From NCBI GenBank assembly GCA_051362555.1, contig CM120644.1, forward strand, positions 13,104,567-13,168,566: 64,000 nucleotides of DNA, in the 5' to 3' direction. This DNA comes from Lingula anatina. Taxonomy: Eukaryota; Animalia; Brachiopoda. The notes beneath the pieces are model-generated. The model worked only from the letters and a program-made list of their open reading frames with translations, had not been told where the DNA came from and did not search any database. This document shows, in pieces, positions 28,088 through 40,900 of this stretch (its first letter is position 1; each line of letters begins with the position of its first letter). The translations under genes and the position numbers were made by a program.

Positions 28088-28391
28088 AATGTATTTCCGC
28101 GTGATATTTTGTCTTAATCTAATTTAAACGAAATATATATCTGTATGAAATGCATATTACTACAGTGTCCCTATGTTGTTATTTTGCATACTATTGTTTG
28201 ATATTTTGGAAATTTATCTGTGAATAGCTACTCTACTTGTTTTTTGATAAGTAAAAAATTACGTTGATGTTTCAACTTTACGGTGCGCAGTGGTTTGTTT
28301 TCTCAATGCGCATGTGCAGTGACCTGAAAATGCACAGAGGAGATTTTGTTTGTGAGAGGCGGGATGTGATTATAGCTGGAATTTGACCAAC
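28088..28391. promoter_or_regulatory. Bidirectional promoter DNAJC1/AF10 with NRF1-like site
   Basis: Only ~305 bp between the opposed ATGs. TGCGCATGTGCA at 28307-28318 is an 11/12 match to the NRF1 consensus TGCGCATGCGCA. Confidence 0.75.
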
Positions 28392-28959
28392 ATGAAGGAG
28401 ATGGTTGGTGGTTGCTGTGTTTGTTCAGACGAGCACGGATGGGCAGACAATCCCCTGGTTTATTGCGACGGTCATGGGTGCAATGTAGCCGTTCATCAAG
28501 GTAGTTTTCGATCGGTTTAAATTGTCCCATTTTCCTGTTTGTCGGCGCTTACGGCGTTACGCACATGTTCCTCTGCCAAATCAAGAAGTTTACTTAGTTT
28601 TATCTTACCTGGGCTATTGTTATTCAGCAAAATAAATAAAAAAAGTATTTGTGATGTATATGTTATTTGGCCAAAGAGACGAAATGATCGATGATCTTGG
28701 AGATCAAGGATAGTTTAAAGAAACTGAATGAATGAAAGGAAAAACGTGGTCACTTGTTTTGATTGTGTACAATGCGTAGAGTCAGTGAATTTGCATATAA
28801 ACAGTCTATATTCTCAGGTGTTTGTATGCTCTTTTGTTTTTTTTTTTTACCCAGCATGTTATGGTATCGTACATGTTCCCACTGGACCATGGTTTTGTCG
28901 AAAATGTGAATCGCAAGAAAGGGCAGCAAAAGTGGTAAGTCCTTTATTTTAACAAAATC

Positions 28960-28990
<31 letters not shown>

Positions 28991-31225
28991 ACAATCTTAG
29001 AAGGGAATTGCACATGCATCACTGGCAGCTAAGAAATGCCATAGTAGTAGATGCCAAATAAGTTGTTTTGCACAGTTATGTAGCAAGAAAGAAAATCAGG
29101 TATTTTTAACTTGCAATTTCACCCAGGGTTTCACGTCATACATTTATTTGGGCAGATGTGTTAGATTCTTTGAGTAAAGAATCATTTTTCTGCTATCTTG
29201 AGTTTCACTTGCTCTGCCATGAAATTAAGGCTGAATGGAAATCAGCCCAGACAGCTTAAATTGTAATATCAAGTGTAATTTTGTAACATTGGGGAAGAGG
29301 GGCCACAATTACTAACCGACTAGCAAATCTACTGTGCAACAAATAAAAGCTGAAAATTTATCCACATTTTGTTGTTATTTTCTATGTAGTGTTGTGAAAT
29401 ATCAAGTTATTGCACAACAGCACAAATTCAACATTTAGAAAACCATTGGAAATCTAGATCTCTCAGCTGGGAAAGGGGGAGGGGGTGCTTTTTAAGCCAG
29501 TTCATTCAAACCCATAGTCTATACAAGAGGTTCGCAGGGACACACTAATATATATTCAGTGATAAATCTTGTCCTTTTGGTTTTATTGTATGTTAATGGC
29601 ACTCTTCACCCCAGATAACATTACACATCTGTCAGTATTGATCCATGTGACCTTATTTCACCCACAGAGGGCAGCACTATACAGTGTTGTGCAGGAATTC
29701 TACAGATAGGGCTGCTTCACCAATGTCAATCGGGTTTCAGTGTCACTTTTGATTTCTGTTTCAGCGCTGTGAGCTGTGTCCTCAGAGAGAAGGTGCATTG
29801 AAAAGAACTGACAATAATGGTGAGTGAAAGACAAGTACATTTTTGAAAAGCACTTTTCCACCTGTTTTCCACCAGGCACAGGAGAGAATGCAAAATGAAA
29901 ATGAAAAATAATATTGATAAACAAATAAAAAGATAACTTGCTTTAAATTGTTACCTATTTCATTAATTAACTTGGGAATCGAAAAATTATTGAGAAATAT
30001 ATGTACGCATTGTTTGTACTTTATAAGAATCAATAATAATAATAATAGATAAACAAATAGTGTCCTAGTCAGTAATTCAGTAATTGTGTTTTATGAGAAT
30101 TAACTATAATACTAAAAGATGAACAAATAATTTTCTTTATTTCAATAAAAAAGAAACTCTGTGACATAAGAGTAATACATTTTATGCCTATGACAAGCTT
30201 CTGATATATTCAGTTTTGTAGTAAGTTTATTGAGCAAACAGTCTTATTGTTAAACCTCTGAAGTTCCCTTACAAAACAAAACAAAAATAATAATAATAAT
30301 AATAATGATAATAAAATAAAGAATAACAAGATATTTTAGCAAAGATTTTTAAAATTTTGTCATAATATATTTCAGGTTGGGCCCATGTTGTATGCGCTCT
30401 ATATATTCCTGAAGTACGTTTTGGAAATGTGACCACTATGGAGCCAATAATACTGAAGTTTGTCCCTCATGAGAGATACACCAGGGTAAGAGAGAGAGAG
30501 AGAGAGAGAGATGGGAGGGAGGAGGGTTCTACTTATATGTCTGTTAGAGATATGCCTGGATAAGAGAGAGAGAGAGAGAGGGGGGGAGACGGATTCTACT
30601 TATATATCAATGAGGGATATACCAGGGTTAGAGAAATAGAGACTGGATGGGGAGGGAGGGGGAGTCTACATATATATATATATATCTATAAGAGATTTAC
30701 CAGTCTGAAAGTGAAAAAGAGGGAAAGAAGTAAGACTGGAGGGCATATGGGTAACATTTTGTTAATTTGTATTACATTATAATGACTGGCAGTGGTTTAT
30801 ACTTTGGAATGACAGAAGATTTTTAGACGACTTTTGCTAGAAGAACAAGTAGGCTGAAAGTGTTTGACACAATTTCTGACTGTTTACCAAAAAAAAAAGG
30901 GGGGGAGGGAGATAAAAACTCCACAAATCCACGAGTCTGTTGCCTCTGATGGATGGCTTAAATCACTGACTAAAGCAAAAGTTATATAATATTTTCTATT
31001 TGAATGCTAAAGTTGAAATGAGATTCTCTAATATATTTAGACATGTTACATCTGTGAGGAGCAGAACCAGGCTTCTAAAGGCAGTGTTGGAGGCTGCATG
31101 CAGTGTAATAAGGCTGGCTGTAAGATGTACTTCCATGTCACCTGGTAAGTGATTGATAGCCACAGAAACCAGGGGATGAGGGGTACCCTCTAAGTATGCC
31201 CCTTTGACCCCCCCCAACCAGGTGC

Positions 31226-31259
<34 letters not shown>

Positions 31260-34200
31260 TGGAGGTGCAAGCTGCAAAAAGATGTCCTTTATCAACCGCA
31301 TGAAAGCCTCACTAGTTAGGAGGTCTCTTTAAGCTCTGCTTGTCACTTGTTGTATGTGTTATTTATTATAATTATTTTATTTATTGTACCACCAGCGTAG
31401 GCGCTGGCGGTACACATGGTTTTAGTCCCGACCCGTATGTTCCGCCGGCTCCTGCGGCTCCTGCGGCTCCCCACACACACACACACACTATGGAGGTGCA
31501 AGCTGCAAAAAGATGTCCTTTATCAACCGCATGAAAGCCTCACTAGTTAGGAGGTCTCTTTAAGCTCTGCTTGTCACTTGTTGTATGTGTTATTTATTAT
31601 AATTATTTTATTTATTGTACCACCAGCGTAGGCGCTGGCGGTACACATGGTTTTAGTCCCGACCCGTATGTTCCGCCGGCTCCTGCGGCTCCGCCGGCTC
31701 CTGCGGCTCCTGCGGCTCCGCCGCCAAGTCACCGTTACCGCTTCTCCTCCTAGACGGTAAGGGCCTCCATACCCATCTCTTGGATTTAGGTCACCTATAA
31801 TCTCAACTCGTTCCACGTAAAATTTGGGCTTTGTCGGTATTGGGGTCTAGGTGTGGCACTCATTGCAATGCACCCTTGTCCAAAAATGGCAAAATTAAAT
31901 GCTAATTATCTCCCCTACAGAAGGAATTATGGGAAAAATTTCTACAGACAGCTTTCCAAAAGTCATATGTCTAGATTTCAAATATGCCCTTGGATTTGAC
32001 CTTTGACCTTTATTTTAAGGTCAAACGGGCCAAAATTTTCAAAAAAACAAAATTTTTGCCGAAAAAAAAATTATTTGCGGTCTTATTCAGACACCACACA
32101 GACTTAACTAATAATATTAATGGAAAGTGTTACCCTTCAGGTCATCTTTCATCTCCGTGAATTTGGGGTCAATCGGTGCATTTTCACGGGAGTAGCGGCC
32201 ATAAGATATCGAAACTGAAAACTGTCTCTAATTCGGGAACCGTTAATGCTAGACACCCATTCTTTTTTGCATTTTGTAGAGCATGTAAAGCCCAACACTG
32301 GTGGTGGTCTCCGTTTTTTTGTATTCCATACGGTTTTCGAGTTACGCTGTATCAAAAAGTACATATTGGTGGTGAAAGCAAAATGTGCAGTACGGTAATG
32401 GATAATAAATTTTGAACTCCGGAAAAATAAAACATAAGGCTTGGCAAAGCAGACAACTTGTGGTCAAAAATTACATTATTTCATCAAATTTGAACATCTG
32501 GAACTTCAGAGCACCTCCCATTTCAAGAATTTTGACCAAAATGACCTTTTCTTTATTTTAATTAATTTTTTTGTAGGAAATTTATGGCACATTATGGTAA
32601 CTCCAAAATTATAACATTTAGTCCCTTATATCTCCAAAACTGGCAGAGATAGGTCCATAGTTTCTATTGAACTTGAATAGGAAGTCATACACTGGCAATC
32701 TAAATGTGACCTTAAAATTGACCTTTGACCTACTTTTCACCATGAACTGAACTTTGCAAATTTTGCTTCCTTTTTATCTCCAAAACTGGCAGAGATAGGT
32801 CCATAGTTTCTATTGAACTTGAATAGGAAGTCATATACTGGCAATCTAAATGTGACCTTAAAATTGACCTTTGACCTACTTTTCACCATGAACTGAACTT
32901 TGCAAATTTTGCTTCCCTTTTATCTCCAAAACTGGCAGAGATATGTCCATAGTTACTATTGAAGTTGAATAGGAAGTCATATACTGGCAATCTAAATGTG
33001 ACCTTAAAATTGACCTTTGACCTACTTTTCACCATGAACTGAACTTTGCAAATTTTGCTTCCCTTTTATCTCCAAAACTGGCAGAGATAGGTCCATAGTT
33101 ACTATTGAACTTGAATAGGAAGTCATATACTGGCAATCTAAATGTGACCTTAAAATTGACCTTTGACCTACTTTTCACCATGAACTGAACTTTGCAAATT
33201 TTGCTTCCTTTTATCTCCAAAACTGGCAGAGATAGGTCCATAGTTTCTATTGAACTTGAATAGGAAGTCATATACTGGCAATCTAAATGTGACCTTAAAA
33301 TTGACCTTTGACCTACTTTTCACCATGAACTGAACTTTGAAAATTTTGCTTCCCTTTTATCTCCAAAACTGGCAGAGATAGGTCCATAGTTACTATTGAA
33401 GTTGAATAGGAAGTCATATACTGGCAATCTAAATGTGACCTTAAAATTGACCTTTGACCTACTTTTCACCATGAACTGAACTTTGCATAGTTTGCTTCCC
33501 CTTTATCTCCAAAACTGGCAGAGATAGGTTCATAGTTACTATTGAACGTGAATAGGAAGTCATATACTGGCAATCTAAGTGTGACCTTGAAATTGACCTT
33601 TGACCTACTTATTATCATGAACTGAACTCTGCTAATATCTTTCTCTTTTAACTCCAAACCTGGCAGAGATAGGCCCATAGTTACTATTGAAGTTGAATAG
33701 GAAGTCATATACTGGCAATTTACTGTGACCTTGGAATTGACCTTTGACCTACCTTGCGATGAACTTAACTTTGATTGTACCATTTTTAGTAATATATATA
33801 TATTTTTTGCATATTTTGAAAATTCTTGTTGATTGCATTTTTACAGCTTGTCAAGCACAAGACTGGTGGCTATGTTCCTTATTTTGTATATGTGGGGGTC
33901 TATATGAATGCGCTTGCTCCAGCTGGTGGTACAATATTCGGAGGCGGTATCGCCTCTCTGATCCTCTAGTTTATTTTATTTTTGCCTTGGTTAATGCTGT
34001 GTTGTTCTCATTCTCAGTGCCCAGTCTCAAGGCTTGCTGTGTGAAGAAGCAGGCAACTACAACGATAATGTCAAATATTGTGGATATTGTGCTTATCACT
34101 ACAAGAAACTGGTAAGGGGGCATTGTGGTAAATTTATACCTGCATTTGTACAAAGGGTATTGTTATTCCACACTTATTAAAACTTTATGATGTATAAATA

Positions 34201-37200
34201 TAGGTAATTCTGTATAATGGACAACTCCTTTAAAATTCGCGTGTCTGTTTTTGCATTACAATTTTGCTTGTAAATGGACTGTTTTATGCATTGCAGAACA
34301 AGGACAGTCATGTGAAAGTGATCCCACCATATCGTCCAATCAGAGGAGCTAGTGTGACGCCAGATGTCACACCAGAGAAGACGGATGCTGGGAAACAAAG
34401 GGTTAGTAGACGAGCTATATAATATTAAATATCTGCATGTCTTTTTTTGTTTGTCTGAGTAATGTGTGGTACTTTACTTCTGTGTGGTTGGCATTTTTTT
34501 CTGCCTAGTACTTGTTTGCATGGTTGTATAGGGTACCATACAAACATTATTTTATATTTTAGAGCAAAGATGCATTTTGATAAAAATGCTATCCTTTTAC
34601 CAGTGTGAACATTTTTGCTAGACAGTATAGCTTGTATGAAGCTGAAAGATACATGATTTTTTTTTTAATTTGTGGCCATTGTATAAACGAAAGAAGAATC
34701 TAGTTAAATAATTTGCATTTCAAAGTGGAGTGACAAAGAATCCTTGTTCTAGAAGCTGCATTAAACGATGCATTTCTTTTTCAGAACAAGGACAGCAAGT
34801 CCAAACAGACCCACACTTCATCTTCTTCCACAATTACATCTTTAGCAGCAACCAAATTTACGACTGCCAATTTTACCGAAACCTCTGTAGTTCCTACAAC
34901 AACAGCAATACCGTCATCAGCAGACAATGTTACAGTTGATAGAATGAAAGTGGAAAACATAAAAAACACATCCAATTCAAATTTTTCTGATTCTGAGGCT
35001 AGTAACCATGGCAACTCTGAGCAGAGCAAGGTGTCGTCTGCTTCATCAGTGACCCAGAATTCCACTGTGGGGTCTCCCAGTTTTCAGTCAGAATTTAATA
35101 AGCAGTTTGAATGTTTTGTGCAAAGTAAAGTGAAGACGGCAAACAATTCTGTGACTTCTGCATCAGTGACGACAACAGCATCGTTGACTGTAGTTACGCC
35201 AACAGCAGCATCAGCAAACACTGTGGCCCCACTGAATGTAACCGTGGATACAGGACCTCCAACTGTTGTCACGGCAACAGTAGTGTCACCCACCGCTACT
35301 GTTTCCCCACACATTGTATTATCTGGAAAGAGAAGCAGGTAACTTCTTGTCTGGTGGAAAATCATCTGGCTGAGTAGTAATATAAAGTTCTTATAATTAA
35401 ATTAAAACTCTGAATTCTAAACTGTTTTACTGAAGGCTACCCCCCCCCCCCCCCCCCCCCATCCATCCAGAACAAAGGGTTAGGCAGATGCACTGAAGTA
35501 GCCTCCAGAAATATTGTGACTCTTTCAGATTAAAAGGTTTGCTAAAATATGAAAATGCTTTTCTTCATTAAACCTTGTTTTGAATATTACAATATTTGTT
35601 CATGATATCTTGGATAACGTCTGTAATTCTGAAAGGTATATTTCTTGAATTGGGCACATTTATCACTTATTTATTGATATAGTCATTCATTCATTCATTT
35701 CAACTTTTTTCTTTAATCAGGGGGGAAGGAGAAGAGAAGGAAAAGAAAAAGAACAAGAAATCAAAGCAGCATCCAGATTCCCAGTTACCCCTACAGCAGC
35801 AGCCTAAAACTAAGACTGTCAAGGAGATGCTGGCTGCAGGGAAGAAACAAGGACGGAAGGGGAAAAATAACAGGTGATAGAAAATGAAATGTTAATCCAT
35901 AATCCATTTGAAACCAATAGGTGGCAGCATATGTTGATTTGGCATAAAAGATTTTGCCTTTGCTGCTCTTTTGAAACGAGGATTTGTTGTGTAATGTGCT
36001 TGGAATGCAAGGTTGGCATTATTAGAATTGAGGTGTTGAAAAGGTTGACTTTATAATAATAATATGTATTTATTTGCAACTTTAAAAAGTTGGATTTTAC
36101 AATAAAAGCAAATAGTCGTGTGAGATGCACAATCTTAAAATATACTTGTAAGTGTTAAAATGATTCGATACACATTAAAAATTCATAAAAAACTCAGTTC
36201 TTAAAATTTGATAAAGCCCATGGGATAAAAGTTTTTGATGATCATACAGTCCTCAATTTTGGCACAGTGTACTTATAAACCTGGCGCAAAGTGTAGGAAC
36301 TTTCATTTATCTCTGGTAGCAAATGATGGATTTTGTGTCCTTCAGAGTACTAGTACATGTTATGCAATAATGTTTTCGATAGTTCATCTCTTCTACAAGC
36401 AAGAGTGATAAGTTTACATGTTTCAAGTGCCCCATCGTAGGACAGCTCTGGGAATATAATCTTACATGCTCTAATCTGGAAGTCAATTTTATCAATTTGT
36501 TGTTGTGTAAGACCTGGGTGCCACACCTGACATGCATATTCTAATGTAGGTCTGATTACTGATGTATAAAAGTTTATAAAGTATTATATGTACTTTTTTC
36601 GGTTGCTTAATGCTTATTTATATTATTTATTGATTTATTAAATTGTACCTTTTGTCTTAAGCCTGTTGGAATCATTGGACAGTTGTTAAACAATATTTCT
36701 GTCATGGCAGCTAGTGGTATAAAAATTTATGCACTTGCATAACAGATTTTTGGACATTCAGTCAATTATCTTAAAGTTTAGAAAATGTGTTAACTTGATT
36801 TTGTATCCTTACAGCAAGCAGACTGGGTCTTCTGGTGGTCTTTTGAGTCCAGACTCTTTACAGTCCTCAGGTCAGTTACCAGTACCCTTACCGTTTTTAC
36901 TCAGAAACCTTTGAGTCTATCACATGAATACTGAAACTCTATTGCAAGTCCATTGCTATAAAGTAATTTTTCAGGAGTTTGGAAAGTTTGTAATTAATGG
37001 TGACCAAAGATCATTAACAGTATAACTTTGGTGGTGTATGTGCATATTTATTATTTTTTTACAGATATTATTTTATTCCTATCTAAGGCAGTTTTTATGT
37101 GACCTACAGGTCAACTGTCATGACAAGAACTAATTTAGTGACTGTAGGTACACAGGATATAACAAGAGAAAAAATAAAGATATCACTGTTGACTATTGAA

Positions 37201-40200
37201 TTTCTTTCTTAGAATTCATCATCAAGCAACAAATTGGATTTAAAAAGGCTGTGAGAAGGATTTAAATAGTAATACAAACTTGATATTCTCTATTGCACTT
37301 GTCTTTTTATTGCAGGGACTGTGGGAGGTTTTATCAGCCATCCTACCTCTGAGATTGTTTTAAATGGTGGTCCTTATATCTCGCCTCCTAAACCGAAGAG
37401 TTCCAGCAGCTCTCCAAGAGGATCTGAGCACAGTCCAAAGTAAGCACTCTATGGACAGAACAAAAGTTATTAGGCAAAGGCAATTTATGAGAAGTTGTCT
37501 CCTTTTGAGTTTTTAACCACAATTGTCTGTATTAATTCCTGATAAGATTGCAGGATTTTGTATGAAATGTTTAGATATTGTTGGTGTTTTTGAAAATAGT
37601 TTTACCTGTTTGCATCCCACTGTGAAAAATTATTACAGCAACATCACAAATGATGTTTAATGTTCGGAATCTATAGTTCCAGTTTTCCTAAAACTATGGA
37701 GGAGCTGCTAGAGCGGCAGTGGGAGCAGGGCTCCACATTTCTCATTGACCAAGGACAGCATTTTGATAGTAAGTACTATGTCACATGCAAATGCCTGCTT
37801 TCAGACATTTGATGAGAATAATTTTCATTTTAAGAGGTGTAAAATTAGTTTGATATAACAGTGAAGTATACTCGTTAAACTTTATGTAAGTTCCTTTTTA
37901 TTTTGCTGTAATCCTTTTGTATAGCAGTGTTGGGAACATGCTTTATGCAAGTGTAGCATAATTTCTCCATAGATATTGTAAGATAAGTTTTGTCTGCATT
38001 TTAGTTTCAAAAATGATTTAGCTTATAATTGTTATTATTATTATTAGTTTTAATTTTTAACAATGAAATTTTCACATTTAAACGGACACATGCTTTAGTT
38101 GTTAGTCCAATTTATGGTAAATGTACATGATGTCGTTGTGTGTCATACAGTAATCAATGTGTTAGATGGGTTCCTCCAAAAGTTTCCCCACTCCCTGGTT
38201 GAGACACAACTAACACATCCCCCTGTTCTTAACCTTCCAGTTGCCTCGCTCTTAAGCTGCCTGAACCAGCTCCGCCAGGAAAACATGCGCCTGGAAAACC
38301 ACATCCGTAGCCTGGCCAGTCGACGCGATCATCTTCTGGCGATCAACGCTCGTCTGTCCCTCTCTCTGTCACTCCCAAACACGCCCAATGCTAACAGTGC
38401 CACTGGTCAACCAGGTCAGCAAGCTGGACATGGGGTTGGTGAGAGCGTCAGCCCACAAGCGTCTCGGAGTCCACGGGTGAATAATGTGATACCAACCGCT
38501 GGAGAGACTGGTTCCTTGACACTGCAGGTAAGGGTTTGTACATAGCACTGTGAAAAATACTACATTATAACTAACCATCATTTTAGACTTGTTAGAATAG
38601 TTTTGGGGTTAGTCAGTTAATAAATATTCACCACATTAAATGAAGATTGGAGTGGGAAGATGTTAAATTTGTCTTTCTCTTATTTTTATCTTATTATTAT
38701 ATTAAGTCAACATCAGTGATATTTTATAGCTTAAATTGAAAATCTTATCCCAGTACCAAAATTATCAAAACAAATTAAACAAAAACTGAATGATAAGTGT
38801 ATGTTGTTAGATGTTTTCTAGGGTAACAGTAAGAACATTCTATGATTCTTTTCTTCAGAACTCTGATACAGGTCACTCCAACCATGGTCAGTCTTTGTCC
38901 AGGAGTCCAGGGAGGTCCAACAACACCACGCCCCTCAATTCAGTCCATGGCGGTCACACTGGTCAGTCTTATAGTCCAGCAGGTGGGTGGATAGTTTAAA
39001 CAGAGACAGATTCAGAAATATTTTCTGACAGTCTTTCAAATTATTTTTGTTGATTCGTCTACCATTTTTGACAGTCTTCCAACAAGAAAAAAATTAGATG
39101 CTTGTCAACTTAAATTTGAAAAAATTTTGACTGTCTACCGGAACACCCAGACGACTGCTTTCATCTGCCCTTGGGTTTAAACCCCAAGAAAAGATTGTCC
39201 AAGTGACAGCTGGACGGGTTTGTGGGGAAAGGTCTGAACCTTATCTTAGCCCAACTCTTTTTCTGTCTTGAAATTTGATTACTTGTAAGCCATGTAACAA
39301 AAAATGAATAAATCAGTGAGGAGATGTTTTCAACTTTCAGCCAATTTCCAACTTTTTGGGAGCCAAAAATACCATTGGACTATTTTGCCCCTGAACCCCA
39401 TGCCATATTTTCTGTCTTTTTCTCTAAATGATGACTTGATGAAAAAAAAGGTCTGTTCATTTTTATCTGACAGTGTGTGATTTATAGTTATTGGCAAAAT
39501 TGAAAAAAAAGGGAAAATTATGATGGTAAATGACTTCATTTTGGTTCACGTCATGAGATGGTGATTTCTCTATGTAGGTTCAGGTAATAGCAAGAGCCCC
39601 AGAACCACCCCTGCTCCAGAGAGGGGGAGTCCGTATGCAGCAGCAGCATCATCTTTATCATCGTCTGTACCAGCAGCCACCTCCATAGCAGCACCAGTAA
39701 CGGCACCGTCTGGGACGGTAGAATATAGGTCAGTAAGCTAGTCCTGAGGGAAAATAATTTTAAGATGGAATACTGTTCCGGGTTGAATAGTACTAGGACC
39801 AGTGGTATACATTACATCTCCCTCGTTCTCTCTCAGTATTTTATTTGCTTTTTTTTTTTAGATTTATTTTATTTATAAGTATTATTTATATATTGTATAA
39901 ATTATAATTATTATCACTTTTTTTTTAGAAAACTGTTAATTTAGAGTAATCATGATAGAACCTCTTTGAACACTATATAAAATAATAATAAAAACTTAAA
40001 GCAAGCCAACAAAAATTTTAAATGTTAAAGCAGGACATGTTATTTTGCCCCATTTTGTACAGACCGACAGCAACCGTGTCCATGCCAACTGCATCTATGG
40101 CAACAGTTTCCATGCCGATATCTACGGCAAAGAGTGCAAACCCAGGTGCTGCCATAACAACAGGGGGTGGAAGTGTGATACCAGGAGGTTTCCTGGATAC

Positions 40201-40861
40201 TGCAAGATCCACTGGAACTCTGAGTACCACTCAGCTAGCTGGCATGACATCCCAGCAGTACTATCTGGACTTGTTACAGCAGCAGAGGTCGCTGCAGGCA
40301 CACTCACTGGTGAGTCTGATTGCGTTTATTGTTCCTTGATGGATTGTGCTTTGTTTTTCTTGGGTTGGCTTTTCCATTCAGTGGGGATCAACTGAGGTGG
40401 CCTAAAGGGCAGGGATTCAGCACTGTGTGGCATCATACCATATGGGAGGAAAAAATGTGCTGAATCCATATGAACCTAATGGGTGAACCTTTTTTACTGG
40501 GAATGTTGAAATAGAAAGAAATGCAAGATTGATACAAATCATGGTGAGTTTGTACTGTTGTGCAGTAGCCGTTTTTTTTTTTTTTTTTTAATTTCACTCT
40601 CCTTTAAACCCTGGGAAACGTTGATTTGGAATTAAGTATGAAGACTGAATCGTGGGTTTTCGTGGGTGATCTCCATTGCAAGACAATGTTCTCATCTTGA
40701 CATCTGAGGCAAAATGGTCACTTGCTTCAGTTGTGTTAGTTGTGATTGACAGAACTGAACTGATTTTATCTACTTTATTATTTATTTATAATAAATTATT
40801 ATTTTTTCTTTGTTGCCATTTGTGATACCAGTGTTACAAGCACCCTTTTGTATTTATTTGT

Positions 40862-40900
<39 letters not shown>

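Noticed and set aside
32631-33780. Regular repeat arrays (also 44653-45800) as a CRISPR array
   Set aside because: The units are contiguous 146-bp tandem copies with no unique spacers, there are no cas genes, and the context is eukaryotic.
32149-34115. ORFs inside the HINE-like copies, repeated at 44155-46012
   Set aside because: They recur only because the DNA is repeated. They are short and lack Rep (HUH), helicase or transposase motifs.
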